From: Azolla caroliniana
Taxonomy: Eukaryota > Plantae > Polypodiophyta
Direction of reading: 5' to 3'
Length of the DNA: 64,000 nt
Assembly (NCBI GenBank): GCA_043228905.1
Contig: JBHGNT010000011.1
Coordinates: forward strand, 10,044,001-10,108,000
Program-made: the position numbers and the translations under genes
In this document: piece after piece, positions 1-13,076 of the stretch
Numbering within the stretch: the stretch's first letter is position 1
Layout of the letters: the number at the start of each line of letters is the position of its first letter
Notes under the pieces: generated by a model
Seen by the model: only the letters and a program-made list of their open reading frames with translations
The model's database searches: none
What the model was told of the DNA's origin: nothing

Positions 1-501
1 CAACCCATGCACATTTAGAGTGCATAAAAACTTTATTTAGAAGAAAAACGCAAAGGAAAAGTTACTCATGCACGTCTAGAGTGCATGAGCACTATATTTA
101 GAAATTAAAAGCATGGTAGAAAAAGCTATTCAGGGACATCTAGTTTGCATGAACACTTTAGAAAAGCATTATGCTATGTTTAGCCTCTTCCATCACTATG
201 TAAGGAAGAGAGAAAGATGTATATGGTGGTTGAATTTTTTTTAAGGGTTGATTAATATATTATATTCGTGGGATTCACGAATTTGCCATCTATTTCTCTC
301 TTGCAATCTAAATTTATATTCTTTCCTAAAACATCAATTAATACACTATACTCGTGGGATTCACAAGTTTCCTATCTCTCTTTCTTATAATCTATTCATA
401 TTCATAATTAAAATCGTCTCAAATTCTTCCTCCTCCTAGTCCAAAACCCCAACGGTTCTCACCCGACTCACGAAAACGATCCGGCGCCGAAAGACACGAC
501 A
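1..501 (+). repeat. 5' LTR of Gypsy 1 (cut by window edge)
   Basis: Ends ...CACGACA; colinear with 14706-15207. Confidence 0.95.
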
Positions 502-505
502 CATT

Positions 506-522
506 TGGTGAACCCGACGTGA
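506..522 (+). promoter_or_regulatory. Primer binding site complementary to tRNA-Trp 3' end
   Basis: TGGTGAACCCGACGTGA is the reverse complement of TCACGTCGGGTTCACCA (plant tRNA-Trp 3' end, from recall). Confidence 0.85.
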
Positions 523-2580
523 ACACGAGTGGCAAGGAGATGGAAAATCAACAAGAGGCTAACAATATGATGACAATGTTCGAGCGGATGCTACAAGAAC
601 AACACGTGATGTCGAAGATTGTGTCGGCGACAGAGCGGCTTGTGCAACGGAACGGGCAATTCAACCGAAAGGATGTGTCACGTTATTTGAGGGACTACAG
701 GGCAGAAATGCTACGGTGTGGAATATCAGAAGGATTGCAAGTGACATCCTTCAATCGGGTGGCTACAGACGGGCTTCAAGGGTGTATCCATAGATTATGA
801 CAACAAAATCCGACGTGGGAAGTGTTTGAAGAAGCGCTGAAGACCACGTTTGTTATCGAGGACTCTTCCACGGCAAAGTGGAGGGGATTTGAAGATTGGG
901 TGGAAATGCTAGACAAGGGGTTGAAGGTCCTCGATGTGTTTTCGGCATTCGAAAGTTGATTCGGGAGGTTGTCCATGAGAGATCAAGCTATCTCGCACCA
1001 GACAAAGTGATCATGTTCTTACGAGTTGTGGACGTCCGGGATTGGAAAGACCTTGGAGTGCTTCTAGAGGACACAACTAATGAGAGTGGCCTCACCAATA
1101 CATGGGCAAACGTGCGGGACATCGTTGCGCGATACAAAAAAAGGGGGAAATGGCTTGGTAATGAAGAAAAGAGGGTTTCAAAACCGATTCCGAAACCAAG
1201 TTCTGGATTGGAAGACCATCAACCATGGGCTCGGGAGACTACGTCTGAGAAGGGAATCGATGCAACCACGGTGGAGCAGTTGGTGAAGGAGATGGAGAAT
1301 CTGAAAATTGTAGTGGTGAAGACATCGGAAGACCGTCCCACAATTTCCAAGTATATGGACCATCGGTGCATGTGGTGCGATAGCACTGAACATGATCGGA
1401 AGGATTGCGATGAACACAAGGAGGCGCTACGACGGGATTTTATCTACTACGAGGGAAATCAGATTCATTCGATGGACTCTTGGAAGCCACTCCGGCCAAA
1501 CTTCTGAAAAGGCGGCATGAAGAAGGTCCTAGAGGAGGAGATAGCGGCGAAAAGCAATTATGCGACAACCGCGGGAATACGTGTGGGGGAGTCATCTGGA
1601 GCAAAGACATCTTTTGGCCAGAAGTGCTAGAAATCTCGGAGAAAGCCGACTTTGATGAAATCCAGAGCACCGCAGAAGGCATTCAGGAAGCTACGGGATG
1701 GGAGTGCCCCGTAGATAAGAATAGCATACATGCGTTATGTCAATTGCATGAGGTGTATGTAGATGAGAAACGACGGCGCACGGATGATGCGGTTGGTCCA
1801 TCAAAGACACCGGAGAGCGGGAACTCCGAAGAGAAGGGGAAAGGAAAAACAATTCCGGCATTTAAACTCGCTTCAGACATCGAACAACGAACAAACCTAA
1901 AGAAGGTGTTCGAAGAGAGAATCCTTGATAGTCGGGTGGAATTTTCTCTCTGGGAATTACTCGGAATAGCGAAGAAGGAGTTCCATGATCTTCTTATGGA
2001 TCTCGTAAAAAGAAAAAGACAAACTATGGAGGAAAATTTTCCAAGGGTCAATGCGAATACCGTTCTAATGAATGACACAGAAGTGGAGGATGAAATTCTG
2101 AGCTCCCACTACACAAGGCCACACTGGGCACACACAACTACAGAGACTCCGGTACGAATCGGAAACATCAAAGAGCCCGTACTAGCATTGATTGATCACG
2201 GGTCAGAGATCAATTTGATGTCCAAGGAGTTCTACCAGAAGGGGAAGTGGCCTATAAACACCAACCATGGATGGAAGATCCAGGCAGCCACAAAAGCCAC
2301 GAAAGATCTATTTGCGGCTTGTCCGGATGTGACAGTGAAGATCAGAGATGTGGAGATTGACCAAAATTTCTTCGTGCAAGATGAGGTCTCACATTCCGTG
2401 ATCCTTGGGCAACCCTTTATCCCAGCTTCACGGATGGAGACAAAGGTGCTTGATAGCGGAGCGGCTTTTGCACGAATTCGGAGCCAAAGCGAAGGGAAAA
2501 CCGTCCAATTCCTAACTGTGCCATTGAATCACGAAAGGAACAAGAGAGAGCTCTTGTCCCAAACAAAGATGGATTTTTAA
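519..2580 (+). pseudogene. gag: Gypsy 1 gag-protease, broken by stops and frameshifts
   Basis: ORFs 519-800, 896-1507 (zinc knuckle CMWCDSTEHDRKDC) and 1480-2580 (protease ALIDHGSEIN ... VILGQPF). Confidence 0.9.
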
Positions 2581-2634
2581 AGCGGACTGTTGCGGAGTGG
2601 GGAAGTGATAGTCCGAGAAGCCCTGATACCCCAC
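2571..2634 (+). promoter_or_regulatory. Putative -1 ribosomal frameshift signal (GGATTTT + pseudoknot)
   Basis: G GAT TTT TAA ends the PR ORF; stem 2583-2593/2605-2615; loop GTGGGG 2597-2602 complementary to CCCCAC 2629-2634; the -1 frame is open. Confidence 0.7.
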
Positions 2635-4399
2635 ACAGGAACAAAACTCTCGGAGCAAAACAAGTACGAATCGGTCCGGATGGGGCATCTACATACACGG
2701 CCGTAACTGGAGTAATGAAGAAAGAATTCCGAAAGCCCGGGGGCTCCACTATATATAAGAAGGTTGTATCACGTGCGTTCATGACATCATTTATAAACCC
2801 CTTATACATATGTTTTTTACTATTTTAGTGACCCTTGTGTAGAAAAACGATTAATAAAAATACCCCTTATTACGAATATATTTTTTGATAACCACCCATT
2901 TTAAATACCCTTACATATAAAATATACATGCACACATAGTTTCTATTCCTAGAAAGGATCAATGATCGTCTTTACAATTGATGACTCGCAAAATTATGAA
3001 TCAACATTAGACATCATATGCAAATTCCTAGAAATGTTTCATCAAGTGCCACATAGATTGAAAACACAGTGTGTAAAGTATAAAGTAATGCACACACACT
3101 TAGGAAACATTACCCAAAAACACTAGAGGTATAACATATATAAGCCACAGATAAGTTTTTGTTTTTAGTTTATTGAGACGTATGAAGAATATAGAGTGAT
3201 AAAAAACAATGTAATTTGCAATAAAACAATCTTGAACTTGACATATATATCTCAAAAAGCACACATGGAACAATCTAAAATGCATATCAATAATGAAATT
3301 ACTAACAAATTAACATTATGTTTGGTTTCATGGATAGACTCATATGAAGCCATAACATTATTTTTTCTCAAACACATTGATCAAACAAATGGCAACCTAC
3401 TTCATATTTCCATTTGAAATGTAAGACATCATCTATTCACACATTCTTACCCAAATCAAAATGAAATCAAATAAATCATTTTGTTATTGCAATGTCTACT
3501 TAAAAAACTTATTACAATAAAGGTTGCCCTTATAAAGATCAACTATATAAAAAGAAAACCCTAAGAAGTTCATTTTAGGATATAAATTTCATGTTGTTTC
3601 CATCTTCAACGTTGGACCTGTATTATAACATGTAACAACAAAGGCAAGAAAACTTAATATACATGGAAGTAAATAATATCTTAAAGAAATCAGAAAATAT
3701 ACCGTAGGTTTATATTTGGTTTCTACTCTTTTCTCCTTTTCCTATTAAAATAAAAGGCATAAATATTAAGTTACATGGTATGTTTGTATGTGGTATGCAT
3801 GTGTGTTGTATGTTATGTTTGTGTGTGTGTGTGTGTATGTTCCATACATCATATATGTTTGTATGTGGTATGCATGTGTGTTGTGTGTTATGTTTGTGTG
3901 CGTGTATGTATGCATGTGTGTATGTGTGTTATGTTTGTGTGTGTACATATTGTGTTATGTGTGTATGTATGTATGTGTTATATGTGTATATAGGTATTGT
4001 ATGGATTGTATTGTTTGTATGTGGTATGCATGTGTGTCGTGTGTTATGTTTGTGTGTGTGTATGTATGTTTCATACATCATATATGTTTGTATGTGGTAT
4101 GCATGTGTGTTGTGTGTTATGTTTGTGCGTGTGTATGTATGTTCCATACATCATATATGTTTGTATGTGGTATGCATGTGTGTTGTGTGTTATGTTTGTG
4201 TGTGTACATATTGTGTTATGTGTGTATATGTGTATCATGTATGTATGTATGTGTTATTATATGTGTATATAGGTATTGTATGGATTGTATTGCATGTGTA
4301 TATAGGTATGTGTGTATGTATGTACATATTGTATTTTATTTTATTTAATTGCATTTTGTGTGTGTGTATGTATGTACATATCGTGTATGTGTGTATATG

Positions 4400-4854
4400 T
4401 GAAAAGAATGGCGTGCGGAAGCAATTTAGGGAAAAACCGAACAACTGAAAACGCAGGTTTAGTGGAAAGCTTAGGTTCGCACAGTACGCATGGGAGAGAC
4501 AGAGAGAGAGTAAACACAAGAACTTAATTCCAAAAGATAATACTCAATCTGTACATAGGATGTGCTCAGTGAGCACTTTTATACAAGCCCTGACAATCGG
4601 GTTGACACAAGTACTGACAGTACTCGACTGCTCATAAATGAGCCTCGACTCTTACTCCCAAAACTATTCCTTACAAGGAATATCTCTCTAACGGCCTTTC
4701 GGTTTACGCATCGATACGGCCTTCCTACGCACCGGTCTGCGTACTGTTTTACGCATCTGTTTTACGCACCGGTCCGCCTAACCGATCGGTCCCAACCGAT
4801 CCGGTCCTTGGCTTGCTCAGCCGATCCGGCCGATGTTGAGCTTGTCTCTCAACA
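4400..4854 (-). mobile_element. Copia solo LTR related to Copia 1 LTR
   Basis: TG...CA ends; TSD ATATG at 4395-4399 and 4855-4859; similar to 17824-18238. Confidence 0.88.
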
Positions 4855-5615
4855 ATATGTGTATGTATGTATGCATTATATGTGTATATAGGTATTGTAT
4901 GGATTGCATTGCATGTGTATATAGGTATGTGTGTTTTATGTACATATTGTATTGTATTTTATTTAATTGCATTTATTGTATGTATAGCATGTATGTTATG
5001 TTTGTGTGTGTGTATGTATGTTCCGTACTACATATATATGTGTCCATATGTATATGTATATTCTACACATGTGTGTGTGTGTGTGTATGTATTGTATTGT
5101 ATTCCATGTGTATGTATATATGTCTGTACATATTGTATTGTGTGTATGTGCTATATGTGTAAATGTGTATGTATGTAAGTGTATATATGTGTATATAGGT
5201 ATGTGTGTGTGTATGTACATATTGTATTGTAATGTATTAATTTCGTTTATTGTATGTATGGCATGTGTGTATGATTGTATATGTTATATGTGTGTGTGTG
5301 TATGTATGTAAATATTGTATTGTAATGTATGTATGGCTTGTGTGTATGATTGTATATGTTATGTGTGTGTGTGTTTATGTATGTATGTATGTATGTACAC
5401 GTGTGTGTGTCTCTCTCTCTAAGAATTTATGTGTTGGTTTATGTATGTGTGCATTATGTATGTATGATGTTTGTACTTATGTGCACCTGTAAAATATTTG
5501 TAGAGTAGTTGTGGCAGCCCCGACAGAGAATAATGGTGAGCAAAAGCGGCACTACAAGGTGAGTGGCGGCGGCAGCAAAATGAGAACAAAGGCGGCGGCG
5601 GCCAAACAATAATGG

Positions 5616-5828
5616 AGGCGGCAAAATGAGATCAAAGGCAGCAAAACGAGGACAAAAACAACAAGGGGAGAAGAGCCAACAACGGCAATGAGGAGAGAAG
5701 AGGAGGGAGCAAAGGAGGAGGCGGCAAAACGAGATCAAAGGCACCAAAACAAGGACAAAAACAACAAGGGGAGAAGAGTTGACGACGGCAATGAGGAGAG
5801 AAGAGGAGGGAGCAAAGGATGCGGCAAA
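5616..5828. repeat. Roughly 105-bp tandem duplication, purine-rich
   Basis: GGCGGCAAAAyGAGATCAAAGGCA...GAGGAGGGAGCAAAGGA occurs twice. Confidence 0.8.
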
Positions 5829-6251
5829 AATCTAAATTAAAAAAAGATGAATGTTTGAATGTTATGTATGTATGTGCACATAATATATGCATGTATGTAT
5901 GAATGAATGAATATATGAATGTACATATGTAATATGTAATGTATGTATATTTGTATGTGTGTGTGGATATTTGTTTGTAATATGTAAGTATGTGTATGTA
6001 CATGTAGCAATGTATAAAGGACTATATATGTATGTCCATATACATATGTGTATGCATATATGCATATGCAAATGTACATGATTCAATGTGTATGGAAATG
6101 TGATTGTAATATGTGCATAATATATATGTATATATACGTGTATGTATATGTAGCAATGTATAAATGAATATATGTATGGCCATGTACAAATGTACATATG
6201 CGTATGCATATATCCATATGTAATGTATGTGTATGTATAAAAGACTATATG

Positions 6252-6292
<41 letters not shown>

Positions 6293-8316
6293 ATGTATGT
6301 ATGTGTGTATATATCTAATATATGTATGTATGTGCGTATGTGTATGTACATGTAGCAATGTATAAAAGACTATATGTATGTCCATGTACGAATGTACATA
6401 CGTGTATGCATATATGCATATGTCATGTATATATGTATGTGTATGCATATATATGACAATGTACATGATTCAATGTAATATATGAATGTGTGATGGTAAT
6501 ATATGCATATGCAATGTATGTGTGTACATGTATGAATGTACATATGTGTATATATGTAATATGTAATGTATGTATGTTTGTATGTGCAACAATGTATGCA
6601 TATATGCATACTTGAGTGTGTGGATGTTTGTTCATAATATTTATGTATGTGTATGTATATATGTATGTATTGTAGTTTGTGATGATATGTATGTACATAT
6701 GTAATGTATGTATGTATGTGTATGCATGTATGTAATGTATGTATATATGTGTATGGATGTATGTTTGTAAAACTTATAACATTGTAGGCATATGTACGTA
6801 TATATATGGTGGCATGTGGAATATGTATGTATGTATATGTATGCATATATGTATATGTCAATATACATGATTCAATGAGTATGAATGTGTTTGTACTATG
6901 TGCATAATATGTATGTATATATCCAATGTATGTATGTGTGTGTGTGTGTGTGTGGTCATACGTATATAAATGTATGAATGTATGTACGTGTATCTATGTA
7001 ATGTATTTATGTATGTATATTTTTGGGATATTTTCATGTTTAGTACATATGTATATGGCTTGTATATGGATGTATGTTTGTAATATGTACGTAATATACA
7101 TGTATATATCCAATGTATGTGTAAGTATACATATATGTATCTAATGTGTGTGTCTGTGTGTGTGTATATGTAAGTATTGTGGTATGTATGGTCCAATATA
7201 ATCTATATATATGGTGATATGTGGAATATGTATGTACATATGTAATATATCTATGTATGTGTAAATTTGTATATTGTGTAATAAGTATGGATTATATGCT
7301 ATGTAATATCTAATTTATTTATGTGTAAGTATACATATACATATGTAATGTGTGTGTGTGTGTATATGTAAGTATTGTGGTTTGTATGGTTCAATATAAT
7401 CTATACATATATATGGTGATATGTGGAATATGTATGTACATATGTAATATATCTATATATGTATATATGTAATTTATGTATGTGTAAATTTGTATATTGT
7501 ATAATAGGTATGGATTATATACTATGTCATATCTAATTTATTTATGTGTGTGTGCACGTGTATATATATGTAATATATGTAACTTGTTTATAAGTATGAA
7601 GATTTGTATATATATAGACTTATAGTATGTAATCTTAGGTATTAATATGTATGTGTATGTGTATATATATATAATATAATAGATAATTTATTTTTGTGTG
7701 TTTTGTATGTATATATGCTTTTGTGTATGTATTATGTATATATGTATGTCAATATATATGGATGATTCTAATCTATATGCAATATGTAATGCATGCATGT
7801 ATGTGTATGTACATATTTACATATGGTAATATATATTTGTACATATATTTATGTTTAGTCAATATGCAAGTATAAATGGGTGTAATGTATGTATATACAT
7901 ATTCATGGATATAGGTATATATGCATGTGTGATATATGAATGTAGGTATATATGCATGTATATGATATGCATGTGTTATGTTTGTGTGTGTATGTATGTA
8001 CATATTGTATTATATGTATGTATGGAATGTGTGTATATGTGTATGTATGTGTATATATACAATATGTAATTTATTTTTGTGTGTTTGGTTTGTATATTTG
8101 CATTTGTATATAATTGTGTGTATAATAATATACGTGTGTAATATGTAATATATAAAATATGTTTGTAAGGATGTGTATATATATATGTAATATGTAATTT
8201 TTATGTATGTATTATGTATATATGTATGTCAATATATATGGCCGATTTTAATATGTATGTAGTATGTAATGCATGTATGTACATATTTACATATAGTAAT
8301 ATATTTTTGTACATAT

Positions 8317-9453
8317 TGTGAAATGCACATAAGAGATCAAAAACCAGTCTACTTAGCTTCTTACTTCTTAATCAATTTATAGTTGATACAACGAAACCCA
8401 TTTGGGTTGGGTTGGGTTGGCTAAACATGGTGTGCTAAAAGGGTGGGTCAACTTGAGCACACGCATCCTAAAAAGGGTGAGCTAAAAGGGTGGCACAAAG
8501 GAACACATGCACACCACATTTCCCCCCTGCGAGAAACAAGAGATTGAGGGGCATGAGTGACCATGTGTGGTCCTTGCCGGGAACTGGAACGGTCCTCGCT
8601 AAGAGTTGGAACACGAACACCAACGGGCGTGAGCAACCATGTTGTCCTCACCGAGAATTGGAACACGAACGAGTGAGTGACCATGTGGCCCTCACCGGGA
8701 ACTGGAACATGAACAACAACGGGCATGAGCGACCATGTCGGTCCTCACCGGGATCTGGAACACGAACAATAGTTGGAGTGAGCGGCCATGTGCGGTCCTC
8801 ACCGGAGACTGGAACACAAACGGGAGTGAGCGGCCATGTGCGGCCCTCATCGAGAACTCGAACACGAACGGGCATGAGCGACCATGCGGCCCTCACCAGG
8901 AACTAGAACACGAACACCAATGGGAGTGAGCAGCCATGTGTGGCCCTCATCGGGAACTCGAACACCAACGGGAGTGTGAGTGGCCTTGTGTGGCCCTCAT
9001 CGGGAACACGAACACGAACACGAACACGAAAGAAACTAAAAAATAGAGACAATGAAGCGATGTTGATGATGAAGCGGTGGATATCGGGAGGCCTAACTAG
9101 GGAACTAAGGCGGTGCTAATAGAAGAGATACTACTACAAGAGACTAACAAGAGTGTCGGTGATGGTGGTGAGGGCGATGCTACCTACGAAGCGGAAGAGG
9201 CGGATGCTTGGATGTGGGGGACTGGTACCCCACATCTCCACCAATATGTGAAATGCACATAAGAGATTAAAAACCAATCTACTTAGCTTCTTACTTCCTA
9301 ATCAATTTATAGTTGATACAACGAAACCCATTTGGGTTGGGTTGGGTTGGGTTGGCTAAACATGGTGTGCTAAAAGGGTGGGTCAACTTGAGCACACGCA
9401 TCCTAAAAAGGGTGAGCTAAAAGGGTGGCACAAAGGAACACATGCACACCACA
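8317..9453 (-). mobile_element. TRIM-like miniature LTR element
   Basis: LTRs 8317-8518 and 9247-9453 (TGTG...CACA); PBS 9226-9243 matches tRNA-Ala; PPT 8519-8528; 4-bp TSD ATAT; no coding domains. Confidence 0.92.
8556..9030. repeat. Internal minisatellite of the TRIM, about 9 units of mostly 44-54 bp
   Basis: Consensus GAGyGrCCATGTGyGGyCCTCACCGGGAACTGGAACACGAAC... Confidence 0.9.
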
Positions 9454-10860
9454 ATATATTTATGTTTAGTCAGCATGCATGTATAAATTGGTGTAATGTA
9501 TGTATATACATATTCATGGACATAATATTTGAATGTAGGTATATATGGATACATGCATATATATGTATGTATGTATGTATATATATATGCGACTTCAAAT
9601 TTGAGTATTGTTTGCATAATATATTCTTTACTATCTCATTAAAATATCTAATATTGAATGGGCTTATGTAAAAGAAAATTCCAGCATAATTAATAATACC
9701 CTTATGTAAATATATTTTCAAATCTTTATTAATACCCTTATATATATATATATTTTGTATCTCACTGATTAATTAAAACCCCTTTTGATGAACTCACGTG
9801 CTATCATACAAGTTTTGACAGTGAAGCCCCCGGGTCCGAAAGGTGCAAGATGAGTTACGGTCTGCATCAATCATAAAAGAAGACGAAGAGATCGTGGGAG
9901 TAGTCGAAGAAGTGTTCTATGGGAGCACGCTACAACGGCTTGAAGAGGTTGTAGAAGGAAATAGCTAGGGAGACTGGGTAGTCTCGGTGGAATCGGTCGA
10001 GATGTACGATATCATTGCGAAAATGGGGCCGGATGCGCTCCACAAAGAAGAATCAATGGTATGTACAAAATATAAGACTGTAGGAAAGAAGGTGAAACCA
10101 TCTGCGGGACCGCTACCCGCCAATAGCGAACAAAAGAGGAAAGAAGTCTCGAGAGATCCAACACTTTTGAAGTTTGTGGATATTGGACATGCCTTCACGA
10201 ATGAGATCCGGAAGAAACTTCGGATTGGTGGAGGTGGGTTCCTCTTAAAGAATGAAGAAGAACGATTCTGTGAGATGTTGGAGCAACATGGAAAAGCATT
10301 CACATTCACACAAAAAGAGATAGGGTGTGTTGATCCAAAGATAGTGGAGCCGATGTTGATCTTCACGATTGATCATGTGCCGTGGAACTTGAAGCCAATT
10401 CTAGTGCCACGGGCACATATTCTGAAAATCATTGAATTGCTCAAAGAAAAGTTGGTGATGGGGATTTTAGATCCATCAAACGCTCCATATCCAAATCGAT
10501 GGTTTACGGTTCCTAAGAAGAATGGGTCACTCCGATTCATTCAAGATTTGCAACCAGTGAACAAGGTCACGATCCAAAACTCCGGAGTTGGTCCGATAGT
10601 GGACGAATTTGAGGAAGCGTTTGCCGGATGCGCGATATACTCCATCAGAGACCTATACTCCGGGTATGACCAAATCCAACTAGCCATGGAAAGCCGAGAT
10701 ATTACTACAATGCGAACACAGATAGGATTAGTTCGGATGTGCACGCTACCACAAGGAGCAACAAACTAGGTCGCACATATGATGAATGCGATGAACAAGG
10801 TGCTCCGAGACTGCATTCCGGAGATAACAATGTCGTTCCTAGATGACATTCCGATGAAAG

Positions 10861-11115
10861 TGTTGAGAATCGATTCGTAAAACCACAAGATCAAACGATG
10901 CTGAAAATACACTACACAAGCACACGACGACACAATACACAGAGATTTACGTGGAAACCCTAAAAACGGGAGAAAACCGCAGGAGAGCAAAAACTTCACT
11001 ATATAGTGAATGTACAAGACAGAGATTACAACACTTTGATTTTGAGTGTATCACCCACACAAGGTTCTTGGCATCTATTGTTACGCATACAGCTATGGCG
11101 CTGCTCTCTCTCTCC

Positions 11116-11152
<37 letters not shown>

Positions 11153-11444
11153 ACGTCTCTCTTATGCACACTTCTATTGTCATCATATTACTATGTTTGC
11201 CCTAGATGTATATATATACTGATACATCGTGTGGACTATTTACAATTCTAGCCATTGCTACATATCATTACTATTATTATTACTATAATAATAATAATAA
11301 TCTGTTTAAATAATCAACTCTTTGTTGTCGACTCTTCGATTGTCGGCTGTCCGTTATTTCCGAACAGTCGGTTCCTTTGACTCTTCGACTGTCGGCAACT
11401 TTCGAATAGTCGGTTCCTCCCACTGGAGGGACATATCCCCAACA
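10861..11444 (-). mobile_element. Copia-type solo LTR inserted just after the RT FLDD motif
   Basis: TGTTG...CAACA; TSD GAAAG at 10856-10860 and 11445-11449; shares a CGTGGAAA..CCCT..GGGA.AAAACC motif with the Copia 3 LTR. Confidence 0.9.
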
Positions 11445-12253
11445 GAAAGGATGTGCGGTGGAAGAAAAAGATGAGACTATGGATGATCGAGGATCCCAAA
11501 AGATCGTAGTTGACCATATTCGCGATTGCAAGAAAGTGCTACAGAAGTTAGAAGATGTGCACCTAACACTCTCCGGAGAGAAATCAACATTCAAACAACA
11601 AGAAGAGATATTGGTAGTCGGACATCTATGTGGGCCCTACGACCGAAGACCGTCACCAGTCAAGATTGATGCGATTCAAGCTATGAAAGAAATATGCGAG
11701 TCACAATCCAAAGTCTGTAGATTTCTTGGTGCATGTGCATTTTATCACATATGGATTCCGCACTATGCACACATTGCGGACCCACTCTATCACTTGCTAC
11801 GGAAGGGTAAGAAGTTCGAATGGAGGCCGGAACATAACAAAGCCATGAAGAAGCTTAAGGAAACACTACGGAGGGCAGAAGCACTTAAGAAGCCAAACTA
11901 TGACCGACCGATCATAGTGACGGTTGATACAAGTCCAATCGGGATCGGATGGGTCATCAACCAAGTCGACTCAAATGGTTTGCGATATACGATCCGATTC
12001 GGAGCAAAAGTTCTCAACGAAAGGCAACACGGATATGCACAAGTTAAAAGAGAATTATGGGGAGTCGTGTCGGTGATAAAATCAGATCGAGATTATTTGA
12101 TCGGAGCCGAAGTAGTGATTGAAACGGATTGTCTTGCGATACTCGGGATGATGCGATGTTGTACGATACCGGATATGGCTATACTAAGATGGATTACATA
12201 TGTAAAGTCGCTTAATCTAGAGGTAGGACATATCTCCGGAAAAGACAACACGG

Positions 12254-13076
12254 TGTCGCGGTAATCCATGAGTATGTGTTGAAAGGGGCGTGACCACGAG
12301 GGTCTCAGACGAGGAAGAGATGGATGCCGAGAAGCCGACTCTCTCCGGTCCTGCTTGCACTCGTTGTGGTGCAAACTGGAGTGATTTCAGACGCGTACCG
12401 GTGGCTACCGAACACGAGGGAGGGAGAGAGAGAGAGAGAGAGAGAGACCATGCGCGCAACACCGACTCAACACACGCCTCTTATGTACAGGAAACAAAGG
12501 GAATGAAACGCACCAATCACCAACAGAGACACAAATATGCACAACCTTTTATATATATAATTACAAGGGCAAGATACAACTCCGGCTTCGAGCCGGACCA
12601 AGGTAGGTTAGGTTACAACAACAGTCTGTTGCCAAGCCGTCGATCGGGGAGCTCTCGGGCTCATCGTGCTGAGCGGGGTCTTGCACAGGAGACAGGGCAA
12701 AAGCCTAAACCCCTTAGGACATACGAGCTCCTACCCAGACTAAACCCTAAACAGACACAAACTCTCAACCCACACTACAACGAAGAAGAAGAAGAAGACC
12801 TCAAAGAACCCTAACAGAAAACAAGAAAGTAAGAAGAAGAAAGATTATCATACCTTGGACCTAATGGTGTACCCTCCTAACTCAAAATGGGCAACCCCTT
12901 TACAAGGGACCCTCCCTTCCTTTTATAGCCCAAGGAGGGAGGGACGTTACAATGTGGGATAAATTCTCCCCCTTATTCTATACACTATTTTCCTACTATA
13001 CATATGCACATGTTGCACATTGCCGACTTGCCCATTCCATCCCGATTTCACACCAAAGCCGGAAATCTTCACGACA
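12254..13076 (-). mobile_element. Gypsy solo LTR distantly related to Gypsy 2 LTR
   Basis: TGTCG...CGACA; 4-bp TSD ACGG/GCGG; shares CTTTTATAGCCCAAGGAGGGAGG with the Gypsy 2 LTRs. Confidence 0.88.

Larger units (their letters stand above)
3775..8316. repeat. Low-complexity (TG)/(TA)/(TATG) DNA with longer repeat units
   Basis: Recurring GTTCCATACATCATATATGTTTGTATGTGGTATGCATGTGTG units; interrupted by a solo LTR and a purine-rich island at 5500-5830. Confidence 0.9.
2736..9834. mobile_element. Non-autonomous TIR DNA transposon with (TG/TA)-rich interior
   Basis: TIRs CCCGGGGGCTCCACT / AGTGAAGCCCCCGGG (14/15 match); 8-bp TSD TCCGAAAG at 2728-2735 and 9835-9842; no transposase ORF. Confidence 0.9.

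Noticed and set aside
506-522. tRNA genes at PBS sites
   Set aside because: Only 12-18 nt complementary to tRNA 3' ends; no cloverleaf.
3766-8069. Many Cys/Val/Tyr/Met- or His/Thr/Ile-rich ORFs (also 55366-56108)
   Set aside because: Artefacts of stop-poor (TG/TA) low-complexity DNA.
8556-9030. CRISPR-like appearance of repeats with variable linkers
   Set aside because: Units are homologous along their length with no unique spacers, there are no cas genes, and the context is a eukaryotic TRIM.
12290-12814. 174-aa ORF
   Set aside because: Lies wholly inside a solo LTR and runs through a (GA)n tract.
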